64,000 bases of DNA from positions 7,502,001 through 7,566,000 of the forward strand of contig CM120643.1 in the NCBI GenBank assembly GCA_051362555.1. Direction: 5' to 3'. The number at the start of each line of letters is the position of its first letter. The first letter of the stretch is position 1. Source of the stretch: Lingula anatina (lineage: Eukaryota; Animalia; Brachiopoda). Of this stretch, positions 1 through 12,683 are shown piece after piece. The notes beneath the pieces were generated by a model, which worked only from the letters and a program-made list of their open reading frames with translations, searched no databases and was not told the DNA's origin. A program made the position numbers and the translations under genes.

Positions 1-516
1 GGAATAACGTTATTTCATTAACGTGTAAAATTTTCCCGCTCCGCCTAAGCCCGACTAAGTAGGTCAAAGAAAACCCGCAGTGAATACTGGGTCACATCTC
101 GGTACATCCTGTCACTGGATCTCAGCACTACTAACACAACGCTCAATTTGAGCAAATAGAGCATTTAAGGACCTTCGCATTTAGAGTGATTACCATTAAA
201 AGTAAAACAAACGTAGCCTACTTGAAAATATTCTAAAGTCAATTTTTTCCCAAATATCCTGCAAATCTACTAGTAAGCCTACTTGTAGGCCTACTTTACT
301 TTTATAGACTGCGCTATCTAGAGACTATGCTTAGGCTATATTAGATGCGCGTTATTTTTTCTAAAAAGTTCCAAATTTTTTCCCCAATTTCAAGTATATT
401 TTCTCAATGCCTGGTAACGAAGGTGTTGCAATTGGCTTCCTAACAGAGTGCAGCTTTGTCGTGTTACGTGTAAAATATTTGATTGTGCCCTGTCAACATA
501 TCGTTCATCTAATCAT

Positions 517-808
517 GAGGGCCCGCTGGGAAGGGGGGGGGGGAGTGATCACATTTCACGGCCGCGGAAAATATCATCAAATCACAAATTACAAATTACA
601 TAAATTGAATTAGAATTTTATTCATATCTCATTGAAAATGCGAGTCCGGCGAGCTGAAAATAACTATCATCGAGTATAATGACTTCGTTCCACTATAAGG
701 ACGAGGGATAGAAACCCGCAATTCACGATTCACAGGAATGGGGTGCTTCACATCTCGGGGAATGATAAGTGGCTGTTACGGGTAAGGAAAATACCCAACG
801 GGGCCTTC
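517..808. mobile_element. MITE, ~290 bp; diverged second copy at 16702-16986
   Basis: Imperfect TIRs GAGGGCCCGCTGGG / CCCAACGGGGCCTTC; internal TCACAGGAATG.GGTGCTTCAC and AAAATACCCA shared with the 16.7-kb copy. Confidence 0.6.
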
Positions 809-1451
809 AGTCCTTGTCTTAACTAAAATGAGGATTTAATCAATGTCTATAATATTTCAAAACATTATTTAAAGCAACTAAAATTAATGATCTGGAGAAA
901 AAATACGTCACGAAGGATTTTCAGCTTTTAAAAGTAGCTGCAAGTTATTTGTTGCGTTATTTAAGATAAACATTCTAGACATTTTCTGAGACGTTAAATA
1001 TTAAACTTGCTTCCAAACAAGTAGGCCTACCTTATTTTTCTAATTTATTGAAAATAAACTTATAGGCAAATGTGAGATGGAGTTGCGAGTGACAGTAGAG
1101 AAGGTCTAAAAATGAGTCTGCATTTCGTGTTTTGAATATGATTAGCACAGTGCTGAGCTAACTTATGCAACAATTTTCGTGTGCATTTAAAGACTCATGA
1201 TCACTAAAGGAAGAGCGAGAGACAAAATGTAGTTATTATTCATCTATACAACGTACCTCCGACCGTGTTGGGAGTTCGACCCCCTTGAGGACTCAGATGA
1301 TAGCTGTCGTCAATACTGCTTTTAAATAGCGTAACAAACGCGATCGTTCTTTGTTCTCATATCATAAACAGGAATATTTCTTTAAAAAATTATTAAAGAC
1401 ATCCTAACATTTTATACATATCTGTGAATATCTAGTGAAAACTCCATCTGT

Positions 1452-1485
<34 letters not shown>

Positions 1486-1669
1486 GTCTCTGGCCGAATT
1501 CACAACCAGTTGATCCTCGGACCAGAATTTATGATAATTTTAATTTTAAAACTGTTATGACTGATAAATGAAACTACATATTTTTCATTCGCCCGCATCT
1601 TCCGTATCTTTAGGAAAAAATATATTGAAAACGCATCTGTAAAGATTAACTCTGAAGAGATGAAAAAAA

Positions 1670-1706
1670 TGCCCGAGCTTTCGGCTTGTGAACCTTCTTC
1701 AGGTAC
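1670..1706 (-). ncRNA. Minimal type I hammerhead ribozyme motif, degenerate stem I
   Basis: GGTAC CTGAAGA A GGTT-CACA-AGCC GAAAGCTC GGGCA: core CUGANGA, 4-bp stem II, GAAA, palindromic AGCT stem III. Confidence 0.55.
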
Positions 1707-1995
1707 CAAAACAAGAATAAACAAGCAAACTACTGGTATAAGTGGCGTATGATGCATGTAAAAGGGACACGAAGTTAGAAGTGCGTGATAAAGGTTAACG
1801 TCTTGAAGATTACATAATAATAAAACAAGACTAATATTCGTTGAGATATTCATTGTCTCTATAAAGTCCTTTTTTGAAGTGTCTAATATTTTTATGAACT
1901 TCTTCTCGACAATCCGTCTTTGTCTTGTGTCGCGTATGTGTCCATTTAAAATGGTGACTTTATTATGTACTGTGGTGGTTCTTGATGCGTAAGAC
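1670..1995 (-). mobile_element. Penelope-like retroelement 3' remnant (GIY-YIG C-terminus plus hammerhead core)
   Basis: Minus strand reads, across frameshifts, ..KVTILNGHIRDTRQRRIVEKKFIKILDTSKK/GLYRDNEYLNEY*, resembling the PLE GIY-YIG end; followed by CTGAAGA-stem-GAAA. Confidence 0.65.
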
Positions 1996-2907
1996 AGCTT
2001 TTTTTTCTATCGTTTTCACTTTTAATTACTATTAATTCTATTACTGTACATAGCTACCAATTATCTGCGCTTTAAGCTTGTACTTTTTAATAAAGATACA
2101 AGCAAGGCAAGCAAAAAGTATCTGGCAGTGAATTGTGAACTGTTGCTGCTACCACTCCTACATAAAGTAGATATTGTAAACATACATCGGCACATTAATC
2201 AATAAGATATCAGACAACTTTCATGGAAAATAAACTGAAATTAAAGCTGGATATTCTTTTATCTATTATCATTTCGCATTTACATTAAATCTCGGCACAT
2301 ACGTCTTCATCACTATCATACTTTAGTCGCAGTCCGAAGCGACGAAGTTCGAAAAGTGCATAGCAAAATCGTAAATAGGAGTTCTTACGTAGGAAACATC
2401 GCGCTAAAGAACGGGTTTAATTAAGGCATTCTTGTTAGCGGTATTGTCACTATTTTAGGGAATCATGAACAAATCTGGATGGCTCTATCTATAAAAAAGC
2501 AATTGTTACCTAAAAATAAAAAAATTACTTTTCAGAATTAATGCAAGAAAAATTAATGAAAATGACAAAGGCAAAATATTTTTAATTAAAAATGGAATCT
2601 GAACGACAAATACAGCTTCAAGCAAATAAAAATGAAGAATATACACACCCTTGACTTACAATTGATTTTTAAAATAATGTCGGTACCTTGTCAATGTATG
2701 GCAGGACTACGTGAAAACGACATACACCCTCCCTTACACATACACTAAACACACACACACTCGCACACACACAGGCTCGAAGAGGGGGATAGCCAAATCC
2801 AATCACTGAAGTTGTACATTGGTTCATTGTTTGTCCTAAGTAAATCATCATAAAATAAACGAATCAGATCAAAATTATAATAAAGCGCGGAATGTGCAGA
2901 CCAGCAA

Positions 2908-4410
2908 AACTACTCTTCCCCGTTGCCAAAGCTCTTAATCCAGGTCTATCTTTTAAAATAAAATATAACAAAAAAAAAAAAAAAAAAGGTATCAAACAAC
3001 AGACTTCGGTCAAATAATCTAGCTGTGTGTAATACTGTGCATGAACCCAAAATATATGCTATAGATGTAACATTATCAAAATAGAAATACCATATCATGA
3101 AAAGTCACATTAGAATTCTTCCCCCTCCCCTCCCCCTCCCATCAATACGCCCCTTTTCTATTTAATACCATACAAACTCAGCGTGTGTAGGAGTGTGAAA
3201 CTAAAGTAGATCAAAAGTTCACGAATAGGATATGCCATGTAAGGATTCATAGGGGAGATAGGTAATCTCCTTTTGCTCTTTTTTTAACCTGTCAATTTTG
3301 AGAAGAAATACAGTGAATCGGTGTCTCTCATTGCACTTAGTCAATATAAATTCAAATATGTAATAAACATCTTTCCTTTACCACGTAATTTGTCAGAGGT
3401 AATAAAATACAGCATTTCCCTGGAAAACCTTTACCCCCTCTTGTGAATGCAATATGTCGTCTGCAGAGCTCAGCGTCTGCCACCTCGCTGGATGCTTCGC
3501 GGTTCCCGGGATGTGAACAGTTAACGCGGTCCGAAAATTTTTAGGGAGAGTCAGATGAAATAAAGACAGACCGTGGCATCTATAAGGTTCTACATGAAGT
3601 TGGAGATGTGGGCTAGTTTTACTCTTTTCTTTCAAATATTGCAATTTACTCTGCCTTTCAGTAGCCCCATGCAAGCAAAATATTTTGCTGGTATCTTGAT
3701 ACATCTCCCACTTGTGTCTCCCCCCTAAAACGGTCCACACTAAAAAATCAATAATCGTATGGCAATTTTATACAGGCAATTGACCTACTTTTATACCCGT
3801 GCAGCTATTGTCGAGTTTTACGGCTGGGGGGTGAAGACGTGATACACGTCTGTGATATAAAAATTATTTCTAATTACATAATTTACCAACAGTACATTTG
3901 GATTAAACGTGTCCAGATATGTGAGCAAAAGATGACATTGCTATTTGAAAATAATGAAAAAATTGGAGACAAGCCTAAATCAGAAAAAATGCATTTTTTC
4001 TCTTATATGCAAATTAGGTTCCTTGAAGTAATATAAGACTGGCCGGAAGTGATGTTCAGAGATTTGTAACGATGATGATCTTGATGGCCTTGATGATCTT
4101 AATGGTGGTTCAAAAAATATTATCAAAGTTTTCAGTTGTCATCTGGTGATTAGGAAATTTTCTGCACTAACACAATCATTCCACGAGTGAAAAATAATTA
4201 GTAAACGCGCCTCAGATGCGCTGCAGACGTCACGGCTTTTGGGCGAAAATCACACGCCACATTTCGTCATAATTATTTGATATAGATAAAAAACTGTGAT
4301 TAAAAATGGATATCGGCAAAGCATTAAAATTTTGACAGCATTTCTGTTTATTTGTGTTCGACAAGGATGAATTTAATTAGAATATCCTCTGTCTCTCTCT
4401 CTCTCTCTTA
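2908..4410. repeat. ~1.5-kb dispersed duplication, copy 1 (copy 2 at 18394-19935)
   Basis: Collinear from CTCTTCCCCGTTGCCAA to TTTGTGTTCGACAAGG..(TC)n; roughly 80% identity by eye. Confidence 0.9.
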
Positions 4411-5380
4411 TTAAGCGAATATAAAGGAGAAAGCCGAGCGAAAAAATAACATGCGCATAACAGTCAAAAATCTTGAGTTAAAAATCTTGTTGGTCACTAC
4501 AGTTCCTCTTCATAGAGGATCACATGCAAAATTTTCAGGCAACTTGTAGCCTTTTAAATTGATGTTGTAAAGTAAATGACTTACACTTTCACTAACTGCA
4601 GATAAAGATTATAATGGAATCAAACAAGTTAAAGGATGGAGTTACTGAGTGTTGCGCCGACAGAAACTCACAACGTAAATAACAACAACAACAACAATCT
4701 ACACGCAGTATGGTAACTTGCATATCGGTGACGCAGTGGCCGATTAAGAGGTTCCTGAAAAATATATCGCACCAATATTCCCCTCTTGAAATTAGAATTT
4801 TGTCTCACCTTTGTATATTTTTAATTGGAAAATCTACTTATTGATATTATTACATTTTTTTCACAAAAATTATGTTTTTCTTATAAAAATTAAAGTGAAA
4901 GGGAATAGATTAGAGAGAGAAAAAGAGCAACAATTGAACATACAAAATTTCCCCAAAATATCCTTTATTACAGTGAAATAATGAAGAACATACATACTAT
5001 TGGCATGCATGTACCAAAAACAAAAAGACTTTCACTAGTATCTAAAAATGAAAACCAATATATCTTCATACATAAAGAACAATGAACCACCTCCAAAAGA
5101 ATTAACAAAATTTCAAGTATGGCATTACAGTATGGACAGACCTCTATTCAAACAAATAAAAATACATCAATAGAACAAATTTTAAATATCTAATTAAATT
5201 ATTTCCTTGATCTGAAAACAGTAAAGTAACGAATCTGACAAACTACACTGATATAATTTTATTTCCATTTCTTATTCTTTACTTCACAATACACGCTAAC
5301 AGATTTACCATCATTTTAATATAAACAACTAACAAAATTGTTAAGATGCAGAAAATGTCAAAAGAACATGTTTACATATG

Positions 5381-5662
5381 CAACTAAAAAAGCACTCCAA
5401 GAGCGCAGACCTCTGCCAAGTCAGCAAAGTCTCCACCCAATGCCACTTCACCCCTAAATTTTCATTCTATAATGATAAAGTTTTTTATTTTTGATTATTG
5501 ATTGATTATTGATCTGGATCACCACCAAAAACTATTCATCTGTTCTTTGGTACACTTCTGACAGTTCCTGAAAATTTCATCAAAATCGGTCCATAGCTTT
5601 TTTAATTATGTGGATGACAGACAAACAGGGGTGAAAACATAACCTCCTTGGCGGAGGTAATT
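5381..5662 (+). mobile_element. Helentron-associated non-autonomous element (HINE/DINE-1-like)
   Basis: Sub-TIRs ACCTCTGCCAAG (~5409) and CTTGGCGGAGGT (~5647); end AAAACATAACCTCCTTGGCGGAGGTAA; similar fragments at 4440-4745, 39290-39510, 40380-40885. Confidence 0.7.
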
Positions 5663-6233
5663 AGTTCAATAATGAGACCGTTAACATGCCAAAGAATTGA
5701 AAATAGCATAGGTGACAGCAATGTACGGACATGGCTGTAAATAAAAATCATATTTAAGTTAATGTTGCAATGGTGTGGGACAAATTTTCTTCCAGTCTTC
5801 TTAAAGCTTTTATATTTGTACAACATTAATAAAATTTCCATCTGAAGACGTCTATACAAATGTCACATGACATAAGTTTAAAACCAGAAGGAAAAAGTAT
5901 TATTATGTCTTGTATATTGTAAAATTAAAACCCTTTTCTGAACCAAGACAACAGTTCTTGGAATGTTGAGTACACCAAGCAAGCCAACACAGATGTATTT
6001 CTAGGATAACGTATTAAAACAAACTGCAAAGTGCTATTTTGGATTTTCATCTGGATTCTTAATTTCAGCTCCGCTGTTACATTGACTAAGTTGTATCATT
6101 TCCCTCACATTTTTAAATACAACAAAAATATCATTATATCAGATAATACTTGTCATGGAACTTTTTTGTTGGTTGTATTTGCCTTAGCACTTCTTTTAAT
6201 TCAGTCTATTAATCCAGTTAATATGTGTGCTAA

Positions 6234-6272
6234 CGGTATCAGGACAATTCCCCCCGGACGAATCCCCCTGAA

Positions 6273-6344
<72 letters not shown>

Positions 6345-6907
6345 GCACACACACACAAATGTAAAGTAAAGAGTACAAAGTAAAAATCTTTTCCCCATTT
6401 TCTGAATATTTCTTAGTGTGATGATGCAAATCAAGGACAGATAATATTAATTTTATTAAACAATTTATTTTCATGGAGTACAAGTACATGAAATTTTCGA
6501 GATAGAAGTACAGAACATTTTATTAAAAATCTGATCAATGAATATATATCTCCAAGTAAAGGAGGGGTAAACAGATGATCTCACTCATCCAGGTATCCCT
6601 TTGATGTCTGTTTACCTGTTCATCTGTTTACCCCACTTTTACCTGAAGGATAGGTGGTTATACTTCGATTAGATACTTAATAAATCTTCCTGTACTAGTA
6701 CTCAATGAAAAGGGAATTTGTTATAAAATAATTTGTTTCATGATGAAGTTATATTATCACACTAAAAAATATTTAAAAAATGGATGGAATGTTTTAAACT
6801 TTACACTTTCTACTTTATATTTGTTTTTAAATATATATTTCTTGGGGGGGGGGGGGGGGGAATTGTCTGGGGGGGGAATAGTCCGGGGGGGTATTGTCCT
6901 AGAATCG
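6234..6907. mobile_element. Foldback-type MITE with 6-bp TSD TGCTAA
   Basis: Ends CGGTATCAGGACAAT / ATTGTCCTAGAATCG, TGCTAA on both flanks, degenerate inverted symmetry through the body, internal (TA)n; half copy at 53563-53660. Confidence 0.75.
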
Positions 6908-7324
6908 TGCTAACTACTTTGTAACAATACAGTCTCATGGTTACGTCTTGCAATCTGTAAAGCCTACAGATTAATCAAGATTTTAAAAATCTGTTAACTG
7001 ATTTCTTATTGTTAAATTAGCAACAAATAAACCAAATATTGGTATGAGAGTTCTTTGAGGAATATTTTATGTGCAAGCATGTGGGCTAAAGTTTCTGCAA
7101 ACAGCAACATAAGCACAAACACTATATTCAAACAGGAGGACTGACTCTTTAATAGCGTAACATTTTATCTGGAATTATTTACTAAACAGGAATTCCAATT
7201 CTTCATCAGAGTTGGAAAGCTTCACCCATAAAAGAACAAATATATTATATGGGTTTAATATAACACTTCATAATAAAGTTCCATCATAACTACCAACATC
7301 TATTCTGCTTTGTGCGAGACATAT

Positions 7325-10320
7325 TCCCTCTCGACACATGGATAAGACAAAGTGCTGCTCTTGGTGCTGTCTTTCACTGCCTGCTTTTTCATGGTAAGGG
7401 TACTCTGAAAAAAGAACAATATAACTGAAAAAACTGAAAATTACATTGGAAAGACTAGCAAATCCCATGACTTAAAATAGTTAAACGTTAATAATTTTGT
7501 CAAATCTTGTCCAATATTTCTGAAATTTGTACAAATGATGCTTGACAACAATAAAAATCTGTGATTAGATGATCTGTTGACTGTATCTAATGAAAAGTGT
7601 TTTTTGGGGCAACATATATGGGACAACTGAAATTTACATTGAAAAGACTGGCAAATCTCATGGCTTAAAATAGTGAAACATTATTAATTTTGTCAAATCT
7701 GGTCAAATGTTTCTGAAATTTTATACAAATGATGCTTAACAATAATAAAAATCTGTGATTAGATGATCTTTTGACTGTATCTAATGAAAAGTGTTTTTTG
7801 GGACAACATATTTGGGAAAAATGAAATTTACATTGAAAAGACTGGCAAATCCAAGGACTTCAAATAGTTAAATGTTAATAATTTTGTCAAATCTTGTCCA
7901 GTGTTTCTGAAATTTGTACAAATGATGCTTAACAACAATAAAAACCTGTGATAAGCTGATCAAATGACCGTGTCTAATAAAAAGTATCTTCTTTCGACAA
8001 TATCCTTGAAAAAACTGAAAATTACACTGAAAAATCTGTCAAATTCCATGGCTTAAAATAGTTAAATGTTAATAATTTTGCAATGTGATTATAAAATAAA
8101 ATAGCAAATGTGATGATTTGAGGTTGTTTGTGTAGGAGGTTGCAAATTACCTATAACTGTTATCTGAAAAACAATATATACCCATACAAGACTTCTCCTT
8201 ACTATCAATGCCAGATGCAGATTACTCCTTACAATGGGTTTCTGGAATGGGTTGTTGTTATCACAACATTTGACAATGTCCTAAATCTTGCCACATATCA
8301 TGTATTGTACACATGGATAAGACATAGTGCTGCTCTTGGTGCTGTCTTTCACTGCCTGCATCTTCATGGTAAGGGTACTCTGGAAAAAGAACAATATAAC
8401 TGAAAAAACTGAAAATAACATAGAAAACGCTGGCAAATTCCATGACATAAAATAGTTAAATGTTAATAATTTTGTCAAATCTTGTCCAATATTTCTGAAA
8501 TTTGTACAAATGATGCATAACAACAATAAAAATCTGTGATAAGCTGATCAAATGACCGTGTCTAATGAAAAGTATCTTCTTTCGAAAATATCCTTGAAAA
8601 AACTGAAAATTACACTGAAAAATCTGTCAAATTCCATGGCTTAAAATAGTTAAATGTTAATAATTTTGCAATGTGATTATAAAATAAAATAGCAAATGTG
8701 ATGATTTGAGGTTGTTTGTGTAGGAGGTTGCAAATTACCTATAACTGTTATCTGAAAAACAATATATACCCATACAAGACTTCTCCTTACTATCAATGCC
8801 AGATGCAGATTACTCCTTACAATGGGTTTCTGGAATGGGTTGTTGTTATCACAACATTTGACAATGTCCTAAATCTTGCCACATATCATGTATTGTACAC
8901 ATGGATAAGACATAGTGCTGCTCTTGGTGCTGTCTTTCACTGCCTGCATCTTCATGGTAAGGGTACTCTGGAAAAAGAACAATATAACTGAAAAAACTGA
9001 AAATAACATAGAAAACGCTGGCAAATTCCATGACATAAAATAGTTAAATGTTAATAATTTTGTCAAATCTTGTCCAATATTTCTGAAATTTGTACAAATG
9101 ATGCATAACAACAATAAAAATATGTGATTAGATGATCTGTTGACTGTATCTAATGAAAAGTGTTTTTTGGGACAACGTATTTGGGAAAACTGAAATTTAC
9201 ATTGAAAAGACTGGTAAATCCCATGACTTAAAATGGTTACATGTTAATAATTTTGTCAAATCTCGTCCAGTGTTTCTGAAATTTGTACAAATGATGCTTA
9301 ACAACAATAAAAATCTGTGATAAGCTGATCAAATGACTGTGTCTGATGAAAAGTATCTTCTTCCGACAATATCTTTGAAAAAACTGAAAATTACACTGAA
9401 AACACTGGCAAATTTCATGGCTTTAAATAGTTAAATGTTAATAATTTTGCAAAGTGATTATAAAATAAAATAGCAAATGTGATGACTTGAGGTTGTTTGT
9501 GTAAGAGGTTGCAAATTACCTATAACCGTTATCTGGAAAACAATATATACCCATACAACACTTCTCCTTACTATCAATGCCAGATGCAGATTACTCCTTA
9601 CAATGGGTTTCTGGAATGGGTTGTTGCTATCACAATATTTGACAAAGTCCTAAATCTTGCCACATATCATGTATTGTACACATGGATAAGACATAGTGCT
9701 GCTCCTGGTGCTGTCTTTCACTGTCTGCCTTTTCATAGTAAGGGTACTCTGGAAAAAGAACAATATAACTGAAAAAGCTGAAAATTACACTGAAAAAACT
9801 GGCAAATTCCATGGCTTATAATAGTTAAATGTTAATAATTTTGTCAAATCTAGTCCAATATTTCTGAAATTTGTACAAATGATGCTTAACAACAATAAAA
9901 ATCTGTGATAAGCTGATCTAATGACTGTGTCTTATGAAAAGTATTTTTTCAGATGATATATTTGAGAAAACTGGAAATTACACTGAAAACACGCAAATCC
10001 CATGACTCAAAACAGTTAAACAAATATTGTCCAGGCACGCAGCCAGAGGGGGTTCGGGGGGTTTGAACAAAGCACCCCTTTTGCTGGGAAAAGGTCCACT
10101 CTGGGTAAAATTTTGAAGTGTCAAATTTATGGGAAATTGATAATCAGAAGAATGAGAATTCACCAAAACAAATATTGCAATGTATTATTTACTCTCTTTA
10201 CTTTGAAAGAAAACAGCAAATGTAATGATTTGAGTTTGTTTGTGTAGGAGGTTGCAAATTACCTATAACTGTCATCTGGAAAACAATATATACCCATACA
10301 AGACTTTTTCTTGCTATCAA
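7325..10320. repeat. Complex tandem array: ~193-bp subunits within 588-781-bp higher-order units
   Basis: Identical ORFs at 8128 and 8716 (period 588), near-identical at 9497; AACTGAAA(A)TTACA.TG subunit recurs at ~7432, 7625, 7820, 8013. Confidence 0.95.
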
Positions 10321-10948
10321 TGGCAAATGTGATCCATGACAGCCAACCTGCTGAGAGTGAATGGCACCCTATGTGGACAAGTTGGGAATGCTGGAATTGA
10401 TAACAGGTGACTACATACATCTTTTTCAAAAGCAGTATATGAATCAGCTTTGCAACAGTTTTAGAAATGGACCAATATCTGTACTTTAAAGCTGGGACAT
10501 AATTTTATATCATGTTTTCAAACAGAGAAGTTGGTATTTTCTGGTCAAATGCACCCATTACTCGTCTCTTAATTCACCGAGTTAACTAAATTGACAAGCA
10601 ATCTTTACAGCTTCAGTAAGGTCATAACCCACTACCTGACAACCCATTTCTTTGATATCCATCTTCATTCTAAGCAATACTTACTACACCCTTCCTCATT
10701 GCTGTCATTGCTACAGTTATTGCTGTGGTAATATCTCCAAGTTAAGTTGATACAGCAACAATATTACCACATACAAACATAAATGGATGACATGTGTGAT
10801 CCACAGGAAGACAGTAAAAAATACATCTTTAAAACAATCTACTTTATTTTCAAGTGTCTTAAAACTGTTCCTTCACTTTCTTTGACAAAGCATTAAAATA
10901 CCTGGGTAATTTACATTATTACATCACTAGTGGCACAAATTTACCTAA

Positions 10949-11189
10949 GGCTTTGTTCACATGAAAAATATATTTTTTAAAAATCTATTTGCGGTATCTT
11001 GTGATCAACATCTGTGCCCTGAATACCCCGCGGTGTAATTACTGGCAGCGCCGAGAATTAATTACAGCTTTGGAAGTAACTGACTCACGCTGCCCGTAAT
11101 TACGCGGTGGGGTATTCAGGGCACAGACCGTGATCACAAGATACCGCAAATAGATTTTTAGAAAATAGATTTTTCATGTAAACGGTCCC
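10949..11189. mobile_element. PIF/Harbinger (Tourist-like) palindromic MITE, TAA TSD
   Basis: ~105-bp arms (GG..GTTCACATGAAAAAT..TTTGCGGTATCTTGTGATCA / reverse), TAA at 10946-8 and 11190-2. Confidence 0.85.
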
Positions 11190-11398
11190 TAAATATCAGG
11201 CATTATATTGAACAAGATGAAAACTTGCTGAAAGGCTGTGATCAAGCAGCATTACAGATTCAAAAATTCACTGAAATATGAAAAGATCCAGAAAACAATG
11301 TGATCTTCTTATGAAGATTTAATAAATGAAACTCATGTTGCTATCTGACCATCTTGAAAATAAGCATGCGGTCATTGTGTTTTATTATTTTTATTTAA

Positions 11399-11844
11399 GT
11401 ATAGTCCTGTGCCTCCTAGTACGGTGTAGTAGTCTAGAGTCATTGTGTTCCATTGTGGCAGTATAGTCCTATGTCTCCTAGTACAGTGTAGTAGTCTGGA
11501 GTCATTGTGTTCCATTGTGGCAGTATAGTCCTGTGCCTCCTAGTACAGTGTAGTAGTCTGGAGTCATTTTGTTCCACTGTGGCAGTATAGTCCTATGCCT
11601 CCTAGTACAGTGTAGTAGTCTGGAGTCATTGTGTTCCATTGTGGCAGTATAGTCCTGTGCCTCCTACTACAGTGTAGTAGTCTGGAGTCATTTTGTTCCA
11701 CTGTGGCAGTATAGTTCTGTGCCTCCTAGTAAGGTGTAGTAGTCTAGAGTCATTGTGTTCCACTGTGGCAGTATAGTCCTATGCCTCTTAGTACAGTGTA
11801 GTAGTCTGGAGTCATTGTGTTCCATTGTGGCAGTATAGTCCTGT
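11399..11844. repeat. 62-bp minisatellite, ~7 copies
   Basis: GTATAGTCCT starts at 11399, 11461, 11523, 11585, 11647 etc.; no unique spacers. Confidence 0.95.
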
Positions 11845-12449
11845 AAGTGGACACACCATGGGAAGTTTTAGTTGTTCATAGTTAAGTTCATATATTACTA
11901 TTTCGACAGATGACTCAAAAGAAACAAGAAAAAGGCCCACTTAAAAATTATATAAGAAGGAACTTAACGCTAGTTCTTCATTTTATTGCCTCACCTTCAT
12001 AAGGCGTTGGGTAATTGCAGATGAAAAGGGAATGGCAAAACTGAAGTAGATGACTGCGTGCAATCTTGCTAGATTTCCAAGAGCGCTTTTGATCTGCAGC
12101 GTCAACATTCTGAAGCATTTTGTAAAAATCTTCACCAGCACATTGCATCGTGATGTGAACAATGAACAACTGACACAGTCGATACCATATGTATCCGTCA
12201 CTTTAGATGTCTCATCCTGAATTCACCGATTAAGTTTGTCAATAGAATCTATAACAAAACCATCTAAGAAAAGTGTCCTGATGTATGGTGAAACTCAGTG
12301 TGTAGAACGTTTGATGAAAATTCCGACTTTTCAGCGTCACCCTTTGCCTAGTCTACGCCACATAAAATTGTTTAGTATAGATGGCGCTATGCAAGAGGTG
12401 AGACTTAGGATTTGTAAAGGACTGCGGCCAGATTCACCGCCTGCTTTCT

Positions 12450-12683
12450 AAGAAACTCGTGCGAGGAGGGAGAGAGTTCTGGAACCGCAATAGATATGAC
12501 CAGGGACCAGGCACTGTGATATATATTGCGATATTTAGTAGAAAGACTCAAGGTCGAGAGCTTCAACGAAGTGTCAATCTGATTGGTTTAAAGTTAAGGA
12601 AACAATACAGGAACCGTCCAATGAAATTCTTTTATACAATGATTATTTCTGTTTATTGTTTTAGTAAACAAAGCAAAGAGACA
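12450..12683. promoter_or_regulatory. Putative bidirectional promoter between FASTKD-like pseudogene (-) and CBM20 gene (+)
   Basis: Head-to-head 5' ends ~250 bp apart, CpG-richer than flanks, CTGATTGGTT CCAAT box near 12579. Confidence 0.4.

Larger units (their letters stand above)
10330..12450 (-). pseudogene. Decayed FASTKD-like paralogue of the gene at 48889-52354
   Basis: DNA matches 10331-10368 vs 49175-49213 and 5165-5315 vs 47973-48105 in the same order and strand; broken peptides (LITAFQ..GKFV, RY.LMLCQ, FKDVFFTVFLWI, AVKIACQFS) track LVSVLQ..GKWV, RYVSLCK, YKRCAFLCIKWM, QIGITWQFS; many stops and frameshifts. Confidence 0.5.

Noticed and set aside
3740-4015. U6-type Pol III gene (octamer, PSE-like TCACC, TATA)
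   Set aside because: T-runs directly after the predicted starts and no U6/7SK/RNase P/MRP/telomerase motifs seen
8128-9812. Repeated 91/60/81-aa ORFs as a tandem gene family
   Set aside because: By-products of the tandem array, non-ATG starts, no recognisable domain
11399-11844. CRISPR-like regular array
   Set aside because: Whole 62-bp unit repeats with no unique spacers, no cas genes, eukaryotic context
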